A stretch of 64,000 nucleotides of DNA, from positions 71,486,001 to 71,550,000 of the forward strand of contig OX597831.1 in NCBI GenBank assembly GCA_951406725.2, read 5' to 3'. The notes below the pieces were generated by a model that was not told where the DNA came from, made no database searches, and worked only from the letters and a program-made list of their open reading frames with translations. Position 1 is the first letter of the stretch. Each line of letters starts with the position of its first letter. This DNA comes from Octopus vulgaris (lineage: Eukaryota). The position numbers and the translations under genes are program-made. Of the stretch, positions 27,811-40,862 are shown one piece after another.

Positions 27811-28399
27811 TGCATCCTAAGCAGTTGAGAGTACAAGAAACTGAACTTTTCAGTTGTTAACAAATCCAAACTATATCTTTGCTTGCGCTAACCAGCTTTA
27901 CTCATTATATTTTGGAATATGTAACTTAATATCCATTGAGATTGCATTATTGTTAAATACCACATGTTTATTACTAAGTGCTACAAACAATTACATACAC
28001 CAATGGTAATTTTGGGCACAGTTTATCAAGCTTCACATAATTTTTATTTGGGGATAACATTTTTCAGCCTAGTTTACATTAAATTAAGTGCAGTTTTGTT
28101 GAGCACTCCCTCTGCTAAATGATAGAAAGAAAAAAAACTAGTAATTATATTATTGATTTCATGAGCATCCTAGTTTTAGAATATGTGTCACATCTTTGTG
28201 TATCATAAGAGACAATTAAGGGAGTGATTATAGGGAGGGCATTCTGCCATAAAACAATGTTTCACAGAAAAAAAAATATCTGTCATATAGAAAAAAGAAT
28301 GTTAAGTGCTCACAATGATGAGTGTAAGCTACTCAGTGTAAGCTATAAACGAATAAGAGATGAAGTGAAACCAAAAACAGGCCAACCGAGAAGTTAAGG

Positions 28400-28620
28400 T
28401 TTGTATGCGGCAGATGAACTGAAGCAAATATGTGCCATGGAAATAAATTCTCTAAAATGTTTTGATGGTTCATTAGAAGTAGCAAACAGTTTCTGTTATT
28501 GAGGAGATATAATTGGTAGGAGTTGTGGTCATTCAGAAAGTATTGTAGGCAGAGTAAGAACAGGTTGGAGGAAGTTCAGGGAGCCGTTAGTACTGTTATC
28601 AATAAAGCTGTTATTTCAGA
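28400..28620 (+). mobile_element. Decayed RTE LINE RT-downstream fragment
   Basis: LEVANSFCY*GDII...SESIVGRVRTGWRKFRE resembles RTE LEVVDxFCYLGD...RVRxGWxKFREL. Confidence 0.65.
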
Positions 28621-29481
28621 GTGACGGTCTCTTTGCATGATAATTGTGTTAGAAATACTGCCATTGCCCCCTTTCGTATTCCCCTTCTTGGTCTATGTGT
28701 ATTGGGTTACTGAGTATGCTTGTATTGGTACCATGAAAAAATGCACCCAGTATACTCTGTAAAGTGGTTTGTGATAGGAAGAGTATCCAACCAAACAAAT
28801 CTTGCCCAATGACTTGTATAGGAGCAGTAGCTCCCAATAAGACGTGATGATGATGATGAATTGTTTCAAATATTGTAGAGCCATTGTTATAAACAGTGTA
28901 CAGGAGTTGTAGTAGACATTGTACAAGAATTTTGGCAAGTATTGTACCCACAATTAAAATTTTATATCAATTTTTTTCTCGCATTTTATTAAAATGTTTC
29001 CTTGAAAAGAGTGTCTTTTAAGGTGCTATCTTTATGATAAAGATTTGCTGATTTGCATAAGTTACCCATGGCATTTGCTATTAAAAACTTATGCTTTTGG
29101 CTTCTCATAAACACAGCAGTATTCTGTCCATGAATTACAATAACCTAAATACCTGAAATGACGTTAAGATATAAGAATATTGATTTCAAATTTTGGCACA
29201 AGGCCAACGATTTCTTGGGAATTCAGGTAAGTTGGTTACATTGAACTCCAGTGCTCAACAGGTACTTATTTTATAGAGGCTCCAAAAGGATGAAAGGTAA
29301 GATCTACCTCAGTGGAATTTGAACTCAGTATGTGAAGACGAATGAAATACTGCTAAGTGTGCCAGCTTAAGATAGAGAATACAAGAATATTATTACAGAT
29401 TTCTTCTTAAATTACAGATATTTTCTTACTTGTCTGTTTTGACAGTTTTGTTTTCTAATTTACCATTTTGCTCCTTTCCAG

Positions 29482-29613
29482 GAACATATGAAAGAATTGT
29501 ATGAACGTGGTGTTGCATATCTAAATGTGGATTATGCTCTTGACTTTTACGAAAAACTCTCTATAAATACAAGCCCATTGCTGCAAGATGTTATGTATAA
29601 AAGTGCCAAAAAG
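29482..29613 (+). CDS. Next coding exon of the same NAALADase/GCPII-like gene
   Basis: ctcctttccag acceptor, gtgagc donor. 132 bp, phase 0 to 0, EHMKELYERGVAYLNVDYALDFYEKLSINTSPLLQDVMYKSAKK, matching GCPII ENSRLLQERGVAYINAD...CTPL including the Zn-ligand Asp. In frame with the previous exon. Confidence 0.93.
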
Positions 29614-30481
29614 GTGAGCATTTTTTTTTTTTTTAAATCTTAACTAAAATTGTAAGAAATATGTTTTCATGTTAGTGATTATTCTTTCAACATAAAAATA
29701 TTCATAACAACTTTGCCTTTTTTTCATTAATGATGATCTACATAACTAAAAACATAACACTGATCACATGACCTAATACAGCAGTTACTGATGTTGATTT
29801 TTAATATCATCATCATTTAACGTCCGCTTTCCATGCTAGCATGGGTTGGACGGTTCAACTGGGGTCTGGGGAGCCCGAAAGCTGCACCAGTCCAGTCAGA
29901 TCTGGCAGTGTTTCTACAGCTGGATGCCCTTCCTATTGTTGTTGTCATGTTTCATCATCATCAACATATGATATTTATTTTCCATGCTGGTATGGGTTGG
30001 ATGGTTTGACAGAACCTGGCAAGGCCAGGGGCTGCTCCAGGTCCTTTAGTTTGTTTTGGTTTGGTTTCTACTGTTAGATGCCCATCCTATAGAGGCCCTT
30101 CCAAATGCCAACCACTTTGCAGACTGGACGGATGTTCTTTTATGTGGCATCATCACCAATGATTTTTATGCGGCATCAGTACACACATCAATGCTTTTTT
30201 GTGTGGCACCTTGATTTTAGGATCTCCATGCTGTTGTGGTGGGCAGGTCTTCTTGAATACAGCAATGCACCACATATCCCAGTCCTGTCATCTCTTTCAT
30301 GTTCCTTGATCTAAAATGCTGTCACCCTTCTCCAAAACATTTGCATTTAGTTAATTCCTACACTAAAATCCAACAAAGAATTTACCACCTCAGCTGTATT
30401 CCCATTGCTTATAACAATGTACTTTGCCATGAAATCCAGCCTCAAGAAAATAAACAAGAGACTGAAATAGATCTATTCGAC

Positions 30482-30895
30482 AGGCGCAGGAGTGGCTGTG
30501 TGGTAAGCAGCTTGCTAACCAGCCACATGGTTACAGGTTCAGTCCCACTGCGTGGCATCAAGGGCAAGTTTCTTCTGCTTTAGCCCCGGGCCGACCAATG
30601 CATTGTGAGTGAATTTGGTAGACGGAAACTGAAAGAAGCCTGTCGTATATATGTATATATATATATATATGTGTGTGTGTGTTTGTGTGTCTTTGTTTGT
30701 TCCCCTAGCATTGCTTGACAACCGATGCTGGTGTGTTTACGTCCCCGTCACTTAGTGGTTAAGCAAAAAGAGACCGATAGAATAAGTACTGGGCTTACAA
30801 AAAGAATAAGTCCTGGGGTCGATTTGCTCGACTAAAGGCGGTGCTCCAGCATGGCCGCAGTCAAATGACTGAAACAAGTAAAAGAGTAAAAGAGT
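30482..30895 (+). mobile_element. SINE family A
   Basis: Full-length match to consensus. Confidence 0.9.
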
Positions 30896-31741
30896 ATCCA
30901 TAGCATCCTTTCCCACTACCCTGAAGAGATCAATTTTATTATCAACCACTTGCTCACAGATACTTTGTTTTTTTACACTCCATCATGTTTTGCTATTACA
31001 ATAGATTTTCCTCCTCTGAACAAGGAAGCTGTTTATTACTTCCATCCATAGCCACCCTATGCACTGTCTTCTCCACCCATCATCTCTACGGCATCTTATC
31101 CTCCTAAAAGAATATTATGTACTTTTCTCAATACTCCCCTTCTGAAGTTCCGTTCCACTGGAGCTCTTAACCCTCCCTATATTTACCCCACCAGCATTAA
31201 TTTTCATTGATCTCACCAGTCTGGTGCGATCTCTAAAAAATCATGGACAATGTTTCTACTTCAACTAAATGATATTAAAAAAATCCTAGAGGCTATTATT
31301 TTTTTCCTTTATACTTTCATTGTGTTTCCTATCCTTGAATTTCGTAGTCTGGATGACCTTGCCAGGGGTTTAATCTCATACTGGTATTCTTTTTGAGTCT
31401 TAAAATACACAAGCTGCACCATGTTGATAAATCAGTTTGCATACTGCATTCTGCTGATAAAGCAGTGCATATGCAGGAGAGAATTGCAGAAGCTGTTTCA
31501 CTTGGAAATTCAGCATTCAACAGAAAAGATTTTACTTGATTTCTATTGATCAAATTGATAATCTTGTTTTTCTTTCCATTTCCCTTTCTACAACCACTTT
31601 TCCATACTTTTGTGAGGGATAGTTTATTCATTAGAGCCATTGATTTATGGTTGTGTACCCTTTCCAACTGCTAACCACTTAACCATGAAGTAGAAGCATA
31701 GTGAGGGTTTTTTTTCTTCATTCTTGCAACTTGTAGGGTCT

Positions 31742-31778
<37 letters not shown>

Positions 31779-31864
31779 ATCCAAACAAGAAAGCACAAAA
31801 ATACACAACAACGCGAGGACATGGAACAAATATAGTATTATTGGACGCTCAGGAAAGAAGGAGG

Positions 31865-31899
31865 GTTTAACGTTTCGAGCGGAGCTCTTCGTCGGAAAC
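31865..31899 (-). ncRNA. Minimal type I hammerhead motif (U4C core variant)
   Basis: - strand gttt-CCGACGA-A-gagc(tcc)gctc-GAAA-CGTT-aaac; all stems intact. Confidence 0.62.
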
Positions 31900-31969
31900 A
31901 TAGGAGAAGGGAAGACAGAGGAAAAAAATCACCAACGGTACACACGAGGTCACACTTTGAAAGACCCAC

Positions 31970-32000
<31 letters not shown>

Positions 32001-34299
32001 ATAGTGAGTTAAAAGACATCAATTAACTGAGAATATCTATGCAATTCATCATCATTTAATGTCCGCTTTCCATGCTAGCATGGGATGGATGGTTTGACTG
32101 GAATAAACCATCTCATTGTCTGTTTCGGCATGTTTTCTGCTGCTGAATGCCCTTCCTAATGACACCCATTTTACAGAGTGTAACGGGTACTTTTACATGG
32201 CTCCAGCATGGGCACTTTTCTATGTGACACCACATGGGTGCTCTTTACATGACACCAAATCAGGTGCTTTTTACTTGTTACCAGCACCCATGAGCCTGTG
32301 AGACAAAGACCTCTCAGCTGAGGGAGGGAGTATGGGACGAGGCCGTAAAGGACCTAACTGTATGTATGGATGGTTGCGATTTTACTGAGCTTGACATGTC
32401 TTCCTAAGCACAGCAAATCACCAGAAATCTTGATCCTGTGTCATTTCTTCAGATTAGAAGACAAAAACTCCTTATATAGTAGTCTAAAATCTATAAACAA
32501 CAAACATTGAAAATAACTAATTATATAAACCAACTGAAACTTTGGAAAATAAAGAAATGTGGATAGAAGTGAATCTTCTAAATCCAGCTGGTGAAAGTAG
32601 CATAGCTGTTTCAGTCTTATTAGACCTCCTCAGCAAAACATTCTGTTCTGTTCCCCAAACTTTGAAGTAATGGAATTGATCAGGAATATTAACAAACAGG
32701 CTAAAGAAAGTACTTCAGGGGCAATAAATGCTTACTAAACATAAGGTTGAAAAAATTTGGGGCTTTAAAGTTTAGGTTGCTTGAAACGATAGTAGTTACT
32801 TGATTTTTAGATTTTTAAATGTGTCTCCAGAGACTTCTTGTCTTCAGCTTGGATTGATAATCTTAGCTAATTGAACATAGAGCTATAAAAGCTAGGAGAA
32901 GAAAAGAAATATCAAAGGAGAATATCAAGTTAGTAGAAGCAGGGCCAGCACTAGGAAGTGTGGAGCCCAATTAGAGAATTGTTAGTGGGGGCCTCTACTC
33001 CACAAAAGCTGAAGATTGATGTTTTAGGCTTTGTGTCGTTTGTCAGTCCCTGCCAAAAAGCATTGAGGACTTGTGGCTCCACCGTTAGCCACAGTGAGAT
33101 ACTAAAAATTCATTGTAGCATCCTTTGCTCAAGCATGTGCATGGGGCCCTCTCTTGGGGTAGGGCACAATTTGCACAAATCTGTCTAATTGGCTTCAAAC
33201 TGGCCCTGGGTAGAAGTGACATTAAGTGTTAGGTGTATGTAGCATGAAGAAAAGTTCATGGTAAGAGTTTTGTAAACATTTGATGTGAGGATCAGAGGTG
33301 ATTCAGTTGCAAGTCTTGTGTCAACCGGAATTACAATGTTGCTAGGGGAAAAAATATATATAGAATGATAGCAGCAGCACACTTGCTGTCCTGAGCACTG
33401 AGAAGAAAGTGCCATCGAAATGTGAATATGGAAGGTTGCTGAAGTCCAGGAAATGCATTTGAGGTAGAGAGGCTACATCAAAGGGTCAAATATTGAAGTT
33501 AACCACTATGCCTCCAAATGTACAATCATAGATATGAAGATAGGGAAAGAAGCTGGGTCATTAAAGATAGTTGGTGACATGGAAAATATCCTGCAAAATA
33601 GGGCACAGGCTATTCATTTTCCTTGTCAGTCAGGTAATATAGCCAGTTATTGGCTCAGCAATATCACCAGCTGATTCTTTGGAAATAAAAGTTACAGGGG
33701 CAAAATGATGGGCCAGGTTGGGAATGTTGTGGAAATAGCACAAATAATTAGAATGTGAAATAGTTTTAGATACAATATAGTTCAAGTTTATGCCAGGAGG
33801 GGTTACTATTGATAATCTCTTCCTAGTGAGACAACTACCAAATTTCTTAGGAGCAACCCACTATATCTAGCATTTGTTGACTTTGTAGAAAGCCTTTAAC
33901 AGACTGTGCTTAGTAAGCTGGTGGTCACTAAGAAAACTAGTTGTAATTTAATGGTTTGTAAGATCCATGCAAGCCATAAACAGAATTGTTATCAGCAATG
34001 TCAAAGTTAGACATGCCTGTTTACATACTTTCAATGGCATATATAAAAGTAGGTAAATCAGTACAATTTTTTACATGGTCAAGATGCTAGCAAAAAAAAA
34101 AAAACACGTACATATAATTGTTTCAATGTACAAACAAAACAAAGGAAATATGTTTGCATGTGGGTGTGTATATGTGTGCAATATATATTCCTAAATTCAT
34201 TGAGACAACAAATCCACAAAACTACAGACTCATAACATGTCTCCCTCCAACCTACAAAACCTTTAACTGCAACAATATCACAGAGAATGGGCAGACATT

Positions 34300-36040
34300 T
34301 AGAAGAAAAACAACTTGTTTCCAAAAGAGCAGAAGAGCAGAAGTTCGTATGGCTGTAAAGATCAGTTATTGAAGACAGAAAGAAAAAGAAGGGTCTAAGC
34401 ATGGATTGGATCAATTACTGAAAGGCTTTGACAGTATTCCCCACACATGGATCCTGGAAACATTAGCCACAGACAAAGTAGCACCAACAATATTCAAATA
34501 CAAAACATGCCATGAATAAATGGCAAACAGTGTTGCAGCTCCAGACAAAAGAGGGAATCATAAAAACTAAAGCCATCCCCATTAGAAGAGGAATATTCCA
34601 ATAAGAATTGCTCCCTCCACTCCTTTTCTGCCTGGAACTGTGCCTTTAACTGACATGCTGAGCAGAATTGGATGTGGCTACTACTGCTATGGTAAAACAA
34701 TCGACCCTCTTTTATATATGGATGATCTAAAACTGTATACTGCAAATGATAACTGGAAACATTACTATAGACAGTACATACATTTACCAAAGAAATAATA
34801 TGAAGTTCAGCTTAGAAAAATGCGCAGAAGCAACATTGAAAAGAGGAAAACTAGTTAAAAATAAAAACACTACACTAAATAAAGCAAATGAAATAAGAGA
34901 ATTAGACCAAACCCAAACATACAAATACTTAGGAATCAATGAACTAAATACAGTACAGCATACTCAAAATGAAAGAGAAGATAAGGAAGGAATACTATAG
35001 ACAAGTTAGATAAATACTTAAAGCAGAGCTCAATGCAAAAAACAAGATAATAGGTATCAATATTCTAACTGTCCCAGGTATAAGTTACAGTTAATTGGAC
35101 ACTGGATAAACTAACCAAACTAGGCAGGAAAACAAGAAAAATAATTATGGAATGCTCCACCCAAAATACCATGATGAAATGATAACAGGAAAAGCCCTTA
35201 CATGGCAAATACTGGGTTAAGCTAAACAGAAATGAAATAGACAAAATAAATCCCAACAATTGTTGAGAAGCTCAGGCCTAAAAGCAGACACTGAAGGATT
35301 TTTAATTGTGGCACAAGATCAAAGCCTCTCCATCAGAAACACATAATGAAGAAAAAAGTAACTGCAGAATATGTGGTTATGGGGAAGAAACAATAAATCA
35401 TATTGTCTCTGGCTACACAGTCCTGGTTGAGAAGAAAAATATCCACACACTTGACAGAGTTGGGACCTATATACACTTGAAGCTATACCAGCACTGTGGA
35501 ATGACAACAGAAAATAGGTGGTTTAGACATATCCCAGAAAAGGTCTCAGAAAATGACAAAGCGATCATACTCTAGGATACATCAATACACACACAAAGAG
35601 AGAGATCTAGGCTAATAGACCAGATATAGTTGTTAGAGATCATCAATAAAAAAAAAACTTTCTAATTGACATATCAATTCCAACAAATGACAGTGTATCT
35701 CTAAAAGAAACAGAGAAACTCTCAAAATACAAAGATCTGGAAATAGAGATGTGGACCCTAAAAACTGAAACAATCCCTATGATAATAGATGCACAATGTA
35801 TGATTAAAAAAACATTCAGACACATAACCAAAGTATACAGAAAATAGCACTACTAGGCACTGCATACATCCTACATAACACACTTTCAATACAGTGAAAA
35901 TAACAACAGCAGAACAAATTGCAGCACATATCCAAGGCACTGAGAGCTGCGCTCAGTGGTGCAGTGAAAGCACATGATGAAAATAAGACTACTGAATAAC
36001 AATGATAATAATAATAATAATAATAACAATAATAATAATG
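34300..36040 (+). mobile_element. Decayed R4/Dong-like non-LTR retrotransposon with (TAA)n tail
   Basis: Fragments LSMDWINY*KAFDSIPHTWILETL, LYMDDLKLY, YKYLGI, CRICGYGEETINHIVSG, ANRPDIVVRD, LIDISIP, KETEKLSKYKDLEIE. Many frameshifts; (AAT)n at 36000-36038. Confidence 0.9.
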
Positions 36041-36571
36041 TTATCATCCAATATTGCCAGCTATAGTATTGTTTCTGAACATAAAAGAACAGAGAAGATT
36101 AACAGTGTTAATATTGACTGAAGTTCAATATTATTGGCATATACGAGTGAACAACAAATCAATAATAATACCTGTAACTTAGTTTTTGCCACTTTATACT
36201 TTTGTATGAAAGAGTTCAATAAATCAAACAAAGTTCCTGATTTGTTTTCATGTCTTGAAAGAATATCACATTGGAGATTTAATATCCAGTATATATATAT
36301 ATATATATATATATATCTTATGAGAGAGATTGTAGTACTGGAGGTTTAATGTTTGATGAGGAATCCAATGCGAAGGCCTTAAATTAGTTGCTTAGTTTCC
36401 GAGGAGGTAAGTAAATGGCTTGCCAGAAACTAAAGTGCTGGGGTTCAAGACCAGGCTGAGCCACTTTACTTCACATATTTCTCATATTTGTTATACATCG
36501 AGTGAACCTTTGCATACTCACTCAACCAAATAGGAAATGCAGCTAAATTCCCTAAAATCAACCAACAGTGT

Positions 36572-36987
36572 AGGCGTAGGAGTGGCTGTGTGGTAAGTAG
36601 CTTGCTAACCAACCACATGGTTCCGGGTTCAGTCCCACTGTGTGGCATCTTGGGCAAGTGTCTTCTGCTATAGCCCCAGGCTGACCAATGCCTTGTGAGT
36701 GGATTTGGTAGACGGAAACTGAAAGAAGCCTGTCGTATATATGTATATATATATGTATGTGCGTGTGTGTTTGCGTGTCTGTGTTTGTCCCCTTAGCATT
36801 GCTTGACAACCGATACTGGTGTGTTTACATCCCCGTCACTTAGTGGTTCGGCAAAAAAAGAGAGGCCAATAAAATAAGTACTGGGCTTACAAAGAATAAG
36901 TCCCGGGGTCGATTTGCTCGACTAAAGGCGGTGCTCCAGCATGGCCGCAGTCAAATGACTGAAACAAGTAAAAGAGTAAAAGAGAGT
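36572..36987 (+). mobile_element. SINE family A
   Basis: Full-length match to consensus. Confidence 0.9.
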
Positions 36988-38496
36988 CTCAGAACGGAAC
37001 AACATTTTGGATATCATAGCTCTAGATATACAAAAATATGCAAAAGTTCACTGCCAGAAAACTTTAGATCTGTTCAATAAGAGACCTGAACAACAGTTGT
37101 GGTTTAGTTATTAATGTCAACAGTAGTAACCTGGAGACAATGAGTAGTGTCTGCTCAGTCAACCTACCCTTGATACACAATATGATGGCACAGCTTTCAC
37201 TAGTTTGACTTAGTGATGCATTAATGAGTAAGGAACATTTCTAGATAGTGAGGTAGCAGTGACAAACTGTTTGCATATCCCACTTCTTACCTGAGTATAA
37301 CTCTGTAGATATAAATCTGCCTAAGTCCACCCCTGGTTCTGCAATAGAAAACTTTCTGTTCTAAAGAATTCATTGAGAATATGGTTATGAAAGGTTTAAA
37401 TGCCACTTCCAAGATTATTAAGACATGCCTCAGTAATGTTTTGTTTTGTTCTTGTTTCTCTCCACCTTCATTCATAACTGGCCATAGGTTGCCAGTGCAG
37501 ATGTGACAGACTCTGTTATAAAAGTTACGTCTGTGGGGTCATTCATCTATTGGCATTACTGGACACCTTTCTGAATGCCTGCTTTTCTTCTGCAACATCT
37601 ATCAGCTTCTCTTCTTATCTCTTGAGGTACCAGTTTAAGATACCCCACAATCTCATCCAGTACTGCAAATGTACGGTGAGCTGGCAGAAACGTTATCACG
37701 CCGGGCGAAATGCGTTGCCGTATTTCATCTGGCATTACGTTCTGAGTTCAAATTCCACCGAGGTCAACTTTACCTTTCATCCTTTCGGGGTTGATAAATT
37801 AAGTACCAGTTATGCACTGGGGTTTATGTAATCAACTTAATCCGTTTGTCTGTCCCCTCTGTGTTTAGCCCCTTGTGGGTAGTAAAGAAATAACTACAAA
37901 TATACTACAGTCAAGTTCATCACTAATGCTGTATTTTATCCTTTCTTCATTTAACAAATGTGTGTGTAGCATTGTACTAAGGTGCAAAATCAATATTAGA
38001 CAAGTGCATTGCTTTATAGTTTTATACACTGGAGAGATTATCACATGCTGGTTTGATATTTCTTGAGATATATTAGTATTTGTAGAGCATATCAGATACT
38101 TGAGATTTATATTAGACATGTGTCATGCTTAGCTTTTGCATTTAGAAAGAACCTGGTGCTTAGATATGCTGAAAGAATCATCCCACTGAATAAGCTTCTG
38201 CTCCACGAGTGGAAGTTCTCCATGTAAAATAATATCAGAAGAGAGTTATATGTGATAGACTAGCATCCTGTCCATGGAGAAATTTGTCTCTCTTTCACTT
38301 AGTGCTGGGAAATTTAACTGTAAACATCAACTGTAGAGAAATTTATGGTTCAGTAAAGGATTAGCAAACACGCTAGCTTAACAAATAATATGCTGCAAGA
38401 TTGAGCTGTAGTTTTTCTAGTTCTGACTTGTTCACTTTTAAAATGATATCAAACTTACAGAAGTAGAAGTATCAGTATTATCATGTTATGCAATAT

Positions 38497-38893
38497 AACT
38501 CTTACTCTTTACTCTTTTACTTGTTTCAGTCATTTGACTGCGGCCATGCTGGAGCACCACCTTTAGTCGAGCAAATCGACCCCAGGACTTATTCTTTGTA
38601 AGCCCAGTACTTGTTCTATTGGTCTCTTTTGCCGAACCGCTAATTGACGGGGACGTAAAGACACCAGCATCGGTTGTCAAGCAATGCTAGGGGGACAAAC
38701 ACAGACACACAAACACACACACACACATATATATATATACATATATACGACAGGCTTCTTTCAGTTTCCATCTACCAAATCCACTCACATGGCTATAGCA
38801 GAAGACACTTGCCCAAGATGCCACATAGTGGGACTGAACCTGGAACCATGTGGTTGGTTAGCAAGCTACTTACCACACTGCCACTCATGCGCC
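38497..38893 (-). mobile_element. SINE family A, ~130 bp upstream of an exon
   Basis: Reverse complement of consensus with a short internal deletion. Confidence 0.9.
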
Positions 38894-39021
38894 TATATAT
38901 ATATCTTTTTTTTTTGTATACATTTAAAATGTATGAGATATAGTATTTGATATAAGTCGATGGGGGAGGCTTTAATCATAAACTTTCATTTTGTTTTTCT
39001 TTTTCTATTCTCGTCCCTCAG

Positions 39022-39104
39022 GTTCCCAATCCAAGCCCGCACCACAATGGTACTACTTTGTATGATAATTGGAAGCACCAGTACCCTGAAGGAGATGAGC
39101 CAAA
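39022..39104 (+). CDS. Third visible coding exon of the NAALADase/GCPII-like gene
   Basis: ttttctattctcgtccctcag acceptor, gtaagt donor. 83 bp, phase 0 to 2, VPNPSPHHNGTTLYDNWKHQYPEGDEP-, resembling the V-P-x-P...T/S-L-Y-D/E-x-W...P segment that follows in this family. Confidence 0.85.
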
Positions 39105-39775
39105 GTAAGTTTTATTATTATTGGTATTGACAGTACACTTAGAGCATCGGTAAAATGCTTTTGCAGTATTTAGTCCAGCTTTTTATGTCCTGAGTTCAAA
39201 TTCTTATATGGTCAGTTTTGCCTTTCATCTTTACTGGGTCAATAAAATTTTGCCTTTCATTCCAAGCATTTACTGAAGGTGGTGGTACTGTCTAACTCAA
39301 TCCCCTTCAACACTGCTGGCCTTGTGCCTGAATTTAGAAACAATTAATATTGGAGTGGCAGAATCATTAAATCATTGGACAAAATTCCATGAGGTATTTT
39401 GCTGCTGCTCTTTACAGTTCAAACCCCACTGGTTCAACTTTTTCTTTCATCTCTCCACAGATGATAAAATAAAGTACCAGTCAAAGAGTGAGTTTGATTT
39501 AATCAACTAACTCCTATTTCCCATTAATTTCTAGCCTTGCATTTAGAGAGAGCGCACAACTAGAAATTTGGTGGAAGAAGTTAGTTGATTAATATTCACT
39601 AGCAGTAACCATGGAAATTCCTGGATATTTTGAAAATTGAATGAGGATATAACATATTTTTCTGAAACATTAGATTCTTGAGAAGATGTAAAAATCCACA
39701 TAGGCAATATTGAATTTAAGAGACAATCAATCAGTCTACCTACCTACCTACCTACCTACCTATTTTTCTATCTCT

Positions 39776-40020
39776 CGTCGTCGTTTAGAGTCCGCTTTCC
39801 ATGCTGGCATGGGTTGGACAGTGCAACTGGGGTCTGGGAAGCCTGAAGGCTGCACCAGGCCCAGTCTGATCTGGCAATGTTTCTACGGCTGGATGCCCTT
39901 CCTAACACCAACCACTCCGTGAGTGTAGTGGGTGCTTTTTACGTGCCACTGGCACAGGTGCCAGACGAGGCTGGCAAACGGCCACGATCGGATGGTGCTT
40001 TTTACGTACCACCGACACGT
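39776..40020 (-). mobile_element. RTE LINE 3' UTR fragment
   Basis: Near-identical to 1541-1890. Confidence 0.8.
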
Positions 40021-40023
40021 AAA

Positions 40024-40064
<41 letters not shown>

Positions 40065-40156
40065 TGATAAAACGGTAAGATAACAAAAGAAAGAAAGAGA
40101 CCTCAATATTATGTAAATAGAGGAAATTTATCTATACAATATGTTACATTACTCGG

Positions 40157-40230
40157 TAGTCAAGATAAAACTCTGAGTTTCAGATGCCGAAGTGGAAATC
40201 CACAACACCATCTCTTCGGTTATCTGGCTA
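40157..40230 (-). ncRNA. Hammerhead-like motif, inverted copy of 42609-42682
   Basis: Exact reverse complement of 42609-42682. Confidence 0.55.
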
Positions 40231-40862
40231 TTTGAAAACGTTATGAAAAAATACCGTTAAAAATGAAGGGAAATTACTCTGTTATAACTCTGCTTTGCCT
40301 GCGTACTTATACATCGCTCGCATTTTTCGTCATAAAAATTATATAAAAATACATAAAAAATATATAAAAATATATAAAAATATATAAAATCTTCTTGGGA
40401 CATAACACAGAAAGCATGTTCTATCCGTTTTCTTTAGGGGACCAAAAACGTAACAGAAATTTAGTCACATGTGGGCATGATCCGAAAAGTTCTGTCCTTG
40501 TATTTAGACATGTGGTAGGGTCTAAGCTGCTTTTCCAGATAAGCCATCTCTCCATGTCGCATAAACCGCACCTTCCGCTGCCGTTAGTATAGGGCTTACA
40601 TCTGGCCAAAATCTTCCATTGTATGTTATAATCGACACCTTTATCTCTTAAAGACCAAATATGATTGGATAATTGTGTCGCTTTTCTTTTGTTCCAGTGC
40701 CTAAAGCTCAAAGTGTGGTTATTGAACCTGGTCTTGAAATTACCCTCTGTCAGGCCCACGTATTTCTTCGTCAAAACGGTGTCTTTAGTGGTTATAGAGT
40801 TTACGGTAGCCTCATATATGATGGTCTTGGACATGCAAGCTCCATTTAGCGGGCACAATTCT

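Noticed and set aside
32595-32640. Hammerhead-like motif on - strand (CTGAGGA-ggtct/agact-GAAA-cagctat)
   Set aside because: Core and stem II are present, but stem I does not pair and the cleavage triplet is invalid; at best a dead relic.
40665-40862. N-terminal part of the 378-aa ORF, and the - strand 184-aa ORF at 40421-40975
   Set aside because: Chimeric read-through across the inversion junction at ~40862; not natural protein starts.
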